Shown here: positions 38,457 through 51,045 of the stretch, piece after piece
Layout: each line of letters starts with the position of its first letter
Numbering within the stretch: the stretch's first letter is position 1
From: Lytechinus pictus
Taxonomy: Eukaryota
Direction: 5' to 3'
NCBI RefSeq assembly: GCF_037042905.1
Contig: NC_087259.1
Location: 2,542,001 to 2,606,000, forward strand
DNA: 64,000 nt
The notes under the pieces: generated by a model
What the model was told of the DNA's origin: nothing
Databases searched by the model: none
The model's input: only the letters and a program-made list of their open reading frames with translations
Program-made: the position numbers and the translations under genes

Positions 38457-41150
38457 TTATCGAAACTATCATACAGTCAATATTTGGTTGACTTCTGTCA
38501 GTTCTGTGAAACTTTGCCGTATCTCAAGTTACCTTTTGAGTAATATGCGATATATAAGATAAGATTAATTCTTCCAGAATGGTGTTATGGAACACAACTT
38601 CGTATAATTTTTTATGAACATGGAACCATTCTAGCGGATAGTGAAAACCTTCAAGTGTTTAAAGCTGTCATTCAGATAATTATAAATGCACATTATCTGT
38701 CATAAATCAGATCAGCGAACTTGCAGCCGATACAAAGTAGGATTAAGTCCATTTTAATTAAGGTTACTATATTAATCCCCGACGACTCTGTATTTTCTGG
38801 TTGATTACATTTCTCGCTTAGTACGGGTGACATCAGTCCTCAAATAAGATATTTTTTCAAATACATTTTTCATCTTTATCTTTAGATACAAACGTGATTT
38901 GATTCAACGTTTTGCAGGCACTTAATTTGACAATTGAAAAGAAATGCTTGTATTTTCGATTTCATAAATTGATTAAAGTGAATATATTCAAGTTTTACAG
39001 TGAAATATAAACATAACATAACAATTTTCATGTATTTTTAATGTAATAAGAAATCCTCCTTTATACAACCTCCTTTGTCTTTTATGAACTTGATCCTTTT
39101 CTTAAACGAGAAAGCAGCATTGTCTTATGAAAGAAAGAAACAAAATGATGTCACATAAAACGATCAATATACATCTTAAAACAGCTAAAAACATCCCCCC
39201 CCAAAAAAAAAAAACTCCAGCAAACGAAAAATGCAAACAATATGAGCGATTTGGGGCAATTTTATGTTCTTCTGCTGTCAAAATTACATGATAATCTTGT
39301 AAAGCAGAGTATGTTGACAAATTGCTTCTAATTACAATAACTCTCATCCCAGAAAAACCAGAGATGCTCTTGTAAGGTTTCATAGCAAATCGCCATTAAC
39401 AGCCGTGCGCTGAAATCGAAGTTAAACACCCTACGAAAAAAGGTGCTTTATGTTGATTTCATTAAAGAGCGAGTATTTAGGGATGGCGTCTCAGCGCGGA
39501 GTTGCGTAATTTCGTGGGAAATTTTCATTTATTTCCATCTGACTTGGTTTCATGATACCTTACTATTTTTTACTCGTTTTGAAGAGATGTTTCATGTTAT
39601 TAGGCGTTTGTTTTGTCTCTGCTTTTTGAAGAAGATTTGTTTTAGATGGATAGCACCTCTCTATTAAGTTATGTTAATCGCTTGAATGATAGATACAAGA
39701 ATGATCTCTTGCTTCCCTCAAAATAATGATTGAAAGAAGTATGAATTTTTTCTTTTCTAATTTTTTTTCTGAAGGAAGACGGCCAGTTTACCGCGTTGAA
39801 AAGGTCTGAAACACTGGTTACGATATACATTAAATGAACAGTTTATAATTTCAAAATGTTTGTTACTAAGTGAAAAGTCGACGGAATCTTGAAAATGTAA
39901 ACTTATTGAAGGAAAATAAATCAAGTCTCGAACGAGACAGAACTCGTATCACTGCGATGGAGAAGGGGATTGAGAGCGATTCATGCGTCATTCCCAAAGT
40001 CAGGAATCCTACTAAAACCCCGTTACCATGGAAACATGCTGCGGTTGACTGTCGATATTGTTGTTTTTGTAATCATATTTCTTTCCATCGTTAAACATGC
40101 GTATCGTAGCGTGTCCTTTAATGCTATCAACAACGCAAAGCGACATGTGATGGTCATTTGTGATTTTCCGTGTTTTTTTTGGTTTTCTATGATGCATGAT
40201 CTCGCTGATGACGACTCAAATACCGCACCACCGTCCGTCACCATTCTGTCAAATAATCCCGGTTTACTGGGTTACCTTATTAGTCCATTCGTTCCAATAC
40301 GATGCCCCCGTCATCACCCTCCCTGAGAAATTGTGACATATGTCTTACTGGTTTTATTTCGAGAAAATTACTCAATTTTCCCACGTCAATATATTAACGG
40401 GTATCATGGGTATAGTAACGGGCGCCTGGCCCATCGTTTCGTCTCAATCACCACATTTCCAACGAAACTGGCCAATTTTCCCACATAAATATCAAATAAG
40501 AATTTTATTACCTCTAAGTAATAGAATAGAATAGGGATAAATGAATTAACTAATTGACACGGTGTCTTCATCTAGAAAATATCTTCACCTCAAAACTCAT
40601 CGTAATAATGTGTTCTTTTTTGGCGGTAACCAAAAATTCCCTTGATAATAATAAAGAAAATATGATTATGTATTTGTTTAAATATATAAATGTTTCTCAA
40701 TTATACCCCCCCTTTTTTTTTTGGCCTGAGAGCATGCACTGAGCACCGACGTGATGCATAAATTGTCTCTGGCTAGACTTTATAAAGAAAAATAACGTTT
40801 TGTTTTTTTTATCTGTATTTTATCTCGTAGGGATTTGCCGAGATCCACAAGTGCATCTCAGTCAAGGTATTTAACAAATTCAAAATTTCAAAAAAGAAAG
40901 ACATATATATTAATTAACAATTTTAATATGAATGTGTTACCTCCATGTCTATATATTCCCTACTTCGAAATACCCATATCGCATAGTGTGCTAAAATTCA
41001 AGTGCTTAGATTAAATAATTAAACAACAGATGTTTTTCTTTTATTAAGAACAAAATCATATAAGTACACCAAAAAAAAAAAATAATCGAGAGATCATTCT
41101 CCATCGTTACATTGTGAGATAATAAAAATTTCGGGGGACTTGAATATAAA

Positions 41151-41410
41151 AATAGTAATAATAATAGCGCCATCTATCTAGAAACAATCTATTCCGAGGC
41201 GCATTGTTATCATTATTACTACCCCGGTTTTAGCTCGAGCTGCCTTTCAGCGCTCGTGCATTCAAGGATTTAATCCTGTCGGGTACCCATTCACCTCACC
41301 TGGGTCGAGTGCAGCACAGTGTGGATAAATTTCTAGCTGAAAGTAGGATTCGAACTTACGATCCTCTGTTTGAAAGGCGAGAGTCAGAACCGCTAGACCA
41401 CGACGCGCCC
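41151..41410 (-). mobile_element. tRNA-derived SINE in Lhx3/4 intron 3
   Basis: The minus strand begins GGCGCGTCGTGGTCTAGCGG (A box) and has AGTTCGAATCC (B box). It shares CATTCAAGGA and CGGGTACCCAT with the 1.5 kb copy and ends in an (ATT)n tail. Confidence 0.85.
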
Positions 41411-41419
41411 ATGCATAGT

Positions 41420-41480
41420 ATGTTGGCTCAGCTGGATAAAGCATTCGCCTTCCCGGGTCATGGGTTCGAATCCGGGCATT
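41420..41480 (+). pseudogene. tRNA-like fragment or SINE head
   Basis: TGGCTCAGCTGG (A box) and GGTTCGAATCC (B box) are present, but the anticodon arm is truncated and there is no acceptor stem. Confidence 0.55.
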
Positions 41481-44400
41481 CAGACCTTAAGAATGAAGCA
41501 CAAACTATATTTGTTTGTCCTCTTCGGATCCCAATATTTTGCGAACTTTTGATGTATTGATGTGTTCCGTAATAATTTGGTAGTTATTTCTATTGCGCAA
41601 ATGACATGGAAAAAACGACTACTCTATGTACATGTATTGTTAGTTTTATTCCAAGAACAACTTTTAATCAAAGAACAAATAATTGAAATGATGAACATCA
41701 ATTTCAATTCCCGGAAAAATTCCCAACGAAACGTGATATAAACTAACGGGAGTTGGTTGGGGGTACCTAATATGGGGTCAATATTGATGAAGATAATCGT
41801 GGGAAATTCATGTAAAGCGTGCATCACTCTCATGGAGCTAATAATAGCTAGAAAGCTAATTGAACTAATAGTAATTGAAGCGATTTTCGTTGATCATTCC
41901 CTAATCAAGTGCCATTAGAATATTGTTGCGACGAAATTAATGAGTCGTAACATCATGTGATTATCATGTTTTACTCTCCAGCGAGAAAAGATATGCGTTG
42001 GACTATAGGGTGGCCATTATTATCATGATTTTGCTGAACTAGCATTCATATTTACCTGATCTACGAAGGAAACAAACGTGTCGATTAAATTAAGGGATTA
42101 TATTGTAAAAGCACAGTTTATCATACTGAATTTCATTCTTCTTAATTGCAACATACTGCTTCACAGATTTCGAGCATTCTTCATGTATATGATTATAGTA
42201 GTATTCAGTGATTGTAAAAATATTATCTTACCATACCTAATTTCAAATGCGTCAGGTAATTTTGGATCTGCGCTTTACTTTTTAAATGAAAATATGTAAA
42301 ACTAAAAATAAAAAATTTATATATATATATATATATAAAACTAATATGATTATTTTTATGGAGAAATGGAATAAAGAATTGAATTGAATTGAATTAAAGC
42401 ACAATGTTGATTCAAAGTCAAACGAAGAGCAATAATACATAAACAGCCACAACAATTACAATGAAATTTTAATCAATTGATCAGAAATGTCTGCATCCGC
42501 GTAAATTTTGTTTAAAAAACCAACCTGATTTTTTAAACTAATTCTCAAAGTAAAGTATAACAAATAAATAGCCTAACGGTTTTTTTTTTTTTAAACTTTA
42601 ATGTGTTTCTGTCTCTCGCTGTTTGATTGCATTTTGTTTGTGTATATTTGATAGACTTTGTTTCTTTTATTTCAAAATCTTATATGTTGTCTTTCACTTT
42701 ATTTTATTATCTGATGGTGTTAGGATTGTTTCCAAGTTTGTTTGATCGTTTGATCAATATGTTCATTTCTCCCTTATTTCATGTTCAACCCTTGTATTAC
42801 AAGCCTACAATACCTTTTTACATATTCTTGTTAAATATTATATATATTCGATTCTTTCACCATGGAGCTAGCTAGCTCCATGATATTTTCCATGCGGTAA
42901 AGTAAAACACAAACACTAACAATGAATTCCTTTTTAAGTACAGAATGTATATAAAAAGACTTGTAGCTACTGTTTTGACGATGAAAGTGTAACAGGTTGC
43001 ACCTACTCTCTTCCGCGTGCAGTACTTAAAAAAAAATGATGACTGCCGTATTCCTTTCCCCTCATATTGCCACCATTAAATATTCATCGGCTAAAATGCA
43101 CCCCGATAAAATACTAATGATTATAGTCCTCTCAAGCTTACTTCTACGCTCGCATCTCAGATCATCAATACAGTATATCCCCGACTTTCTATGAAAATGT
43201 GCCAGGATTTTTTCATCTGATGGTGATGATTACTCTTCTATCTTGTCTCCTTCTCTCGACGGAATAGAATAAAATGACGTGATCATTTTCAAAAGCCATT
43301 CCGTCATCCCCACCCCCGTTTCAGGACAATGTTATTTGTGGTTCATACATTTTCATATACCCATTATGTCCATTTTCCCGGGCTCACCGCACTCTTTCCA
43401 TCTTTTTTGCTGGTGTACTGATGGTTGATACGCTATTCTATTCAATGTTGGGTACCTGGGGCTATTACAAAATCATGTGAATATAATTTATTGAAAAATA
43501 TGTGCGTCCGCCGCCAAGCGAAACGGCTTTTGCATTATTTTGTTCCTCTCTCTCTCTCGTCGGCATGCATTACCCAACTCAATGATTAATACATCTATTA
43601 TCCGCCATTTCTCCCCATCTCTCCCTCTCCCTTTCTCTCCTCCCCTCCCTCTCTCTCTCTCTCTTTCTTCTCAGCATCATACATCTCATACCTTCGCCTC
43701 TTCTCTCCCACTCCTCTCCCTTTCATTTTCCTATACCCCGACCACCTATCCTCTAAAGTTCTGGCAAGCTCGGCGAATTTCACCAAGTCCGTATACAACT
43801 TGATGATCTTTTTTTTTCACGGGCTATTGACTCGAACCACCATACTATACGACATCATCCCTATTAATATTTCTGCCATCAAACCGCATGGAATGATAAT
43901 ATGACATTATCCCGTCATCCTCCTTCATCCCTAATGGCCATGGTTACGATTGCTTAGTTATCTCTTCACAATGGCATATGAGTCCCGGGGGTCTAATCTT
44001 TTTTTGGCACATAATATAAATTATGCTCTCTCTGCATCAGATTATAAAATTGTACCAATAGGATTTTTTGCAGTTGAAACGGGGACGTATTCTAGAACGT
44101 AGTAAATCTATTGAAAATGCCCGTCAAATGACAATGAATAGCTGAGAGGTCTTTGTCGAAAATAGGTGAACCGGGACAGCAGATCGTCCTAAGATTGAAA
44201 GCTGACGAAAATTGCAAATATATCATTTATCCAGAGTCTAGGACGACACTGATGTATTGTATCATCGATTTTCGACAAAGACTCTTTATTGTCGTGAAGG
44301 GCTTTGGCGATAGATTTTCTATGTTCTTGATGCGTCGTGCGTGGTGGAAACGAACCCCCTAATGGTCGAACCCTGCATGTTGGCCATATTGCAGTAATGT

Positions 44401-44575
44401 GAGAGTTATTCTATTAAAAATGGAACAGATCATTCTTGTCTTCTTTTGTAAATATCTGGATTAACGACAACGTCAGCCGTGTCGATTAATTTTGAGGGAA
44501 CTCAGAACATGGCCTATAATATACCGATGTTTGAAATAAATATATTTTTTTTGTTATAGTGGATAGCATAAATAA

Positions 44576-44944
<369 letters not shown>

Positions 44945-45393
44945 TAATGTTCACAGCCGGATGAGATCTTTTTCCGAATGGGTGGAAGCTATAGTATAAA
45001 GCGTCTAAAAATGAAGGAAGACTTTGATCTGTAAATAAGGAAAACACGGAAAGAGGACTTTGGTTGTACACGGTGCATTTCATCTTTGCTTAGAATTGGT
45101 TTTCATTCTGAAGCATTGATTTACGTCTAGTTGGTCAGCATCTTCGTTTTCCCCGATTACCTCAAAGCCATAAATGCTGAAATTTCCGTTCATTTATTAT
45201 TTATCTTAATGAGAAAAACGGAGAAAAAAAGAAGGAAGAGGAGAAGAAGAAAAAGATTTTGCATCAAGTTAGTCATCTTCGTCGATGTGAAGACCTATAT
45301 ACAGGCCAGATGACGATTTGCCGTCTACCAGTTAATTAAGTGGAAGACTTAATTCTTGACGAAATTCATTAACAAAATCCAATTCAAGTTTTT

Positions 45394-46167
45394 CCCTTGA
45401 AACCAGCTGAATCCATATAAAAGAGAAAAATCAAAGAAACATATTGTTGAAAGTTTGAGGAAGATTGAATGAATAATAAGAAAGTTATGAGCATTTGAAT
45501 ATTGAGATCACTAATGCCATGTAGATCCTCCCATTGGCAATGCGACCAAGATCTGTGATGTCACACACGTACAACTCCCTCATTACTTTAGTACTTATTT
45601 CACTTATATTCTCACTTTTATAGAGTCTATCACAAGGTGAGGTGTCCTCTTTATGAGAGGACAATTACAGAGGTTTCACAACATTATATCATTGATGAAT
45701 CGTTTGTCATATGATTAGAATTAGCAAAAAGAAATGTTTTGGGGTATATTTTCAGTGTCCAAAACTGGACAACTCTCTCCTTTTGGACACTGAAAATGTA
45801 CCCCAAAACATCTCTTTTTGCTCATTCTAATCATATGACAAACGATTCATAATTGATATAATGTTGTGAAACCTCTGTAATTGTCCTCTCATAAAGAGAA
45901 CACCTCACCTTGTGATAGACTCTATAAAAGTGAGAATATAAGTGAAATAAGTACTAAAGTAATGAGGGAGTTGTACGTGTGTGACATCACAGATCTTGGT
46001 TGCATTGCCAATGGGAGGATCTACATGGCATTAGTGATCTCAATTTTCAAATGCTCATAACTTTCTTATTATTCATTCAATCTTCCTCAAACTTTCAACA
46101 ATATGTTTCTTTGATTTTTCTCTTTGATATGGATTCAGCTGGTTTCAAGGGTTTCATTCTCCTTTAA
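45394..46167. mobile_element. Fold-back Kolobok/T2-like MITE in the homeobox intron of Lhx3/4
   Basis: Near-perfect inverted arms of about 370 bp (45394-45764 against 45781-46151) with a 16-bp spacer. The right end is TTTCATTCTCCT-TTAA; the left terminal 16 bp are missing. Confidence 0.9.
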
Positions 46168-46197
46168 GTTATCTATAGATATCTTGTTCTCCATACT

Positions 46198-46540
46198 GAA
46201 GACTTACAAGCCAAAGACAGCACGCATGACATTTTGCAATCAATTTTCATTGGATGGTTGGGGAAACGTCTATATATTGTATGGTTTCAAAAAGGGTTTC
46301 TTTCAACGCAATAAGGGGAACGTCTCATTGTCAATTAAATATCAAAGTTTGCAGTATTATTTTATTTTTATTCATACCCGACCAAAATACCCGTCTTTTA
46401 TCCCACATTCGCACGAACCATGCAAACCAAATAATCTCTAAACCGATCGATAGATTGTTATTTGTAATAACATGATTGCTCGGTCTGGAGTCGGTATTGC
46501 TGGTATAACAATGACCAAACATAACGGAGCAAGACCTAAA
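46198..46540. repeat. Interspersed repeat of about 350 bp, copy 2
   Basis: Same orientation and sequence family as 23669-24040. Confidence 0.85.
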
Positions 46541-46686
46541 GGAATACTCTTTAAAAAAAGAAGAAAAAAAAAAGATAAACAAATAAAATATCAATCCAGT
46601 CAACGATACATTAAAAAGCATTCATGCCATCAATGTTGCTATCATCTTACTGACCAATCATCATCGCTCTTTTTGCAATCACACAG

Positions 46687-46897
46687 GTCTGGTTCCAAAA
46701 CCGTCGGGCGAAGGAGAAACGGCTCAAGAAAGACGCCAACCGCCAGCGATGGGGTCACTACTTCCGGAACATCAAAAGGGTCAACGAGGCGAGTAGTCCG
46801 GCCAGTGGTCCTGAACCTCTTGCGTCACCGGTCAAGCTGGAACCATCCGATCTGGACGATACAACCGTCTTTGACGGTGAGCTGGCTTTTGAAGATG
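46687..46897 (+). CDS. Lhx3/4: Lhx3/4 exon encoding the homeodomain recognition helix and Lim3-specific motif (not in the ORF track in this frame)
   Basis: Acceptor cacacAG at 46685-46686. Encodes VWFQNRRAKEKRLKKDANRQRWGHYFRNIKRVNEASSPASGPEPLASPVKLEPSDLDDTTVFDGELAFED. Donor G|GTGAGG after 46897, with an alternative same-phase donor after 46876. Confidence 0.94.
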
Positions 46898-47428
46898 GTG
46901 AGGGAGGTAGACGGGTTGAGAGGAGGAGCCCCGAATATTCAAACTTTCATTTCACCCCACCCCCATAGAAAAAAATATAAAATAGAAAGAAGTTATAATG
47001 TTCAGCTCGTGCATTTCAGTCATGTATTTTTCGTTAATATTTACAGCATTTATCAATTTACAGAACATTTTGTACATTATGTCACTTTTTGTATAGAAGC
47101 CATCGTTTTTAATTCGAATATCTTTTTGATACCACAGTTTTTTTTTTGCAAAACAGATGAATTAAAGTCTCAGTAGTATTATGATTGCTTTTGTCATGTT
47201 TGTCTTATTTGTGTTAAATTTGATTATTAAGTGTATCAGAACACAACGGCAGCGATAAAATATTACTTCAGACACGTCGAACTATTGTTTTTAATGGAAA
47301 TTGGAAAGTTGATGATTTCAAGATGTGTTTCGTTTCCTTAGAATACATCACTGTGAATAAATTGAAGCAAAAATTATAGTTAACAATGACAATAATGACG
47401 TTCTATGTCTCTGTTTTAATTGTAACAG

Positions 47429-47916
47429 AACACTCACCAAGCATGCCTGATCATGGAACCCCGTTTCCGAACGAAAGACATCAGCATGGACCGCCCGGCG
47501 TACCCGTCTCTAGCCCGTACATGAATCACTGCGAATCGTTTCTCTCTCCCCCACCAACCGCCCCTTCAGTGTCCGGTGGTTACCCTGTTAACAACCCCTC
47601 TCCAACCCTACCCGTTCAACTTTCCCCGAATCACCTCACCAACGGCATTGGTATGCCGGGAATTCCCTTCTCCGAAGCCGCCGGCATCCCGGGGATCATG
47701 AGCGCCGCCAGCCATGGCTTGGGAGAGGCTATGCGTGCCGTCGTCAACCCAGGAGGTGATATGGGCGTGGTGACCCCTCCACCACCACCAGGAAGTTTTC
47801 ACGAGGAGTTCCCCCACCCCCACCCCCACCCCGGTCCTTGGTTAGAGCATCATCCCCACCCTCATCCACAGTCTCATCCTCACCCCCACCCTCATCCGCT
47901 CCCACATCAGTATTAA
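47429..47916 (+). CDS. Lhx3/4: Lhx3/4 terminal coding exon, Pro/His-rich C-terminus
   Basis: Acceptor gtaacAG at 47427-47428, phase 1 (G+AA=E). Encodes EHSPSMPDHG...PWLEHHPHPHPQSHPHPHPHPLPHQY, stop TAA at 47914-47916. GC-rich coding composition. Confidence 0.88.
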
Positions 47917-50830
47917 AAGAACGGTATCCACACTCTGTGAACGACTGGACGCGCTTCAAGACGAGCGTGAATGAACTCTAAGCAAGTGGATGCTGAAGGA
48001 ATGAATATGCATGATATGCAAAATGACCACACTCTTATTATGGATGATTGAGCTCTGATGGACTTTACATAATAGCTGCATGGACTTTGCAAGAATGGCG
48101 GCGGAAACAATTTGTTGATTATGTCTAGTAGGCTCTTATGATCGATGGTGACGACTGTCGGTTAATATTGTTATCAAACATTGTATCATATAGCGTGCAA
48201 TTTGTCAATGAATTAATCACATAAAATATATAATTTTAAGTAAATGATTTTCTTGTGATGTGATGTTTTGCAATGCCATCAACTTCAGTTTGCCATGTGT
48301 TTGTTATGTATGGATTATGTTTTGACTAATCTATTTCACTATATTTGCAATTGAGTTGGACAAAATGTGGTCATCTCCTCCTTGAGTCTAACAAAATGTA
48401 ATCCCAGTTAATATTGACCATTATTACTTGCCGTGCTATGCAATTCATTCAGAATGTATAAATCAACTCATTTCTATTGTAAAGTCGTTTTTCAAAACTG
48501 TGCAATTTTTCTTTTTCCAAGAAGCATTATACAATCACGGGGCTATGCAATATGTGCTATACAAATTTCGACAAATACGGGCATTGTTCTCATTATGCCA
48601 GGTTCTGATTTTTTTTTAAATAAAGATATTATATAGCAGTTTCTTTTAATTCATAATATAACTTGGCGTTGTTAATTGTAACCTGATATTTCAAATTATT
48701 CTTCAGTATATTAAGAATGTACCACAGAACATCTGTTATCAAGGTCAATTCACGAGCCACAGTCATGTATCTTTATGCTTAACTATGCAGACTTCTAGTT
48801 TTGTTGGGGGATATGAGTAACGCCCCGAATTTTAAACAAAATAAAGTAAACATATTAAATTATAACTATCTTTTCACATACCGTACAAAGTCAACATATG
48901 CCATATTAGTTTTGAAGAGCATTACCTCGGGACCTAAACTACTCTGGCACATTACCCAGGATGCAATATTTTGGTCATCTAGTCTTATGATTCACACCCA
49001 TTAGAATAATTCAGAATAATTAAGAACCGTCTGTTACGCTTTACAACATTCATAAAACAATATAATCCGAGAAGAAGCAACAAGATTCAGAATGCCTCCC
49101 AAAATTAATATTTTCGAACAATTGAAAATGATCATCATCACATTTTCGCTAAAAACTGAAAATATATTTCCCATTGTTTTATGATAAGGTGTGTATCAAG
49201 GCTATCATAAAGCACATGAGTCTATGTCAGGAGGTTTCACTTTGTGTTGATATTCATGGAAGACAGTTCCAATTCAAAACAAATCAACAAAACTCACTAC
49301 CAAAACAAGTGACCATTTAGGAAATCGAAAACGGCGAGAATTCACCCAGTTTTCATTCCATATCAGTTGAAAGAGTACATTACATTTCAATATCGCATTT
49401 TTTTAGCATGATGGTAAGACATCATAGCAATTAGTGCAATCACAATGTTTAATTCGGTTCAAATTATTTGGTTTACAATATATTGAAAATTCAGGACTTG
49501 TGCAGTAGTCACTAATGACAGTACTTAATGAAAGTAGATCGTTCCATATTTTTAAACCTGTATTTCGTTTAATTGCAATAGCAGCAAATCCATTCCACAC
49601 AATTTGATTTTCGATAGAAGTCGTTGTCCACATGTACTTTATTCGTCAAACATGTCCATTGTTTGCTTGAGGAACGTCAGGATCTTGAAACATTCCACGG
49701 GGCATTTCATGAACAATTATGTCAGTGATTTTCACTGACAATTGTTATAAGCTACTGAAAATCTTTGCCTCTGATTGGCTGATGTGAAAAAAGTCAGTGA
49801 AAAATCAATGACAACATTTTTCATGAAACGCTTCCCAGAGAAACACGTGCAATACTTCGCAATTGGATACTCCTCAGAAGTGTCATGATTTGAACATTAT
49901 TTGTACATCTTTATCGTTGTTTTGTACGGTCTAGAAATTATCAGCAAAAAATCTAGATCTGCAATCGTGTTCGGCAAGCACAATAACATTCAAGTTTAAT
50001 GATTTGTAACGAAATGATTTCGAATAGGTCTATATTGTTTATTGCAGGAATTTATGTTGGCAAGATGACTTAACAATTTTACAGAAATGCCGAATTTTGA
50101 TTGGCCTATCAACCCATAAAGAATATATATATTTCTTTCTTATTCAGGCAATGTTGGAACTTTATTCTATCTTGATTTTATGGCAGATGATTTTCAAAAC
50201 CTTCTTAAATATTAATCGCCTCGAAGACGTATATTAATTCGGTTTCGGTGTCTTTTTAGGGTAATTTCTAACCGAGGGCTTCAAGTGCCAAGGGATAATT
50301 TACTATATACACTGACATAGCGAACGTACCATGGATCATTTCATAACTCATTGATTTTTTTTCTTGGACTTCCTCAGTTATAGTCGCCATAAAATACAAA
50401 GTTGGTTGAATCTGTAAGATTAAAAATCTACCAAAATTCATTACGGCCATTAGTTTTTCCTTTTCTTTTGAGATGGAATCTGCTCGTTTGTGGTGAGATT
50501 TTGAGTTAATTTATTCATGTGCAGGGTTTTTTCTTAGGAGAGAGTTTAAATTTTACTCTTCAACGGTTGATTTCCCCGATCTATACGACAAAGTGACTTC
50601 GATTTTTTTAAATGAATTTTCATTCATTAGACATTTCGCGTTGAATGTATTCGTCTTTACATTTTCAACAACTTTATTTATTTATTTGTGTGTTATACGA
50701 GCACTCTCTTGCCCACGTGTGCAGTTTCGTTACTACTTTGTTCGTTCACGTTTCGCAATATGTATCGACGGAAGTATATACCTGATTGTGTATTATTTAT
50801 TGATCAATTCAAATAAAAATGTAAACAGAG
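47917..50830 (+). other. Putative long 3'UTR of Lhx3/4
   Basis: AT-rich sequence after the stop codon. AATAAA occurs near 48619, 48840 and 50812; the last is followed by a GT-rich stretch. The true 3' end cannot be fixed from sequence alone. Confidence 0.5.
49699..49836. mobile_element. Short PIF/Harbinger-like MITE in the putative Lhx3/4 3'UTR
   Basis: GGGGCATTTCATGAA ... TTCATGAAACGCTTCCC with an internal CTGATTGG. Similar ends occur at 19310-19465, 50875-51045 and 62197-62317. Confidence 0.65.
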
Positions 50831-50874
50831 AAATGCTCAGTGTGACTTTGTGGTCGGTTGTTTTCCCTAGTCCT

Positions 50875-51045
50875 GGAGGACCGTTTCATAAAAATGATGG
50901 AAGTTGTCAGCACGAGTTGCAATCAATCGCAACTTTAAAAAAATCATGCGCAACTTGATATTCAACCAATCAACAGCGCGCATTTGGGACTTGCGATTGA
51001 TGTTGGGGCTTGCGTTTAAACGCAACTCTTTCTGCAACGGGCCCC
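50875..51045. mobile_element. Short PIF/Harbinger-like MITE, possibly composite
   Basis: GGAGGACCGTTTCATAAA ... TCTGCAACGGGCCCC ends with an internal CCAATCA. Confidence 0.5.

Noticed and set aside
41420-41480. Functional tRNA gene
   Set aside because: A and B boxes are present but there is no complete cloverleaf. The other B-box hits belong to SINE heads.
46472-47176. 234-aa ORF
   Set aside because: It is in the wrong frame. The real exon (VWFQNRRAK...) is in another frame at 46687-46897.
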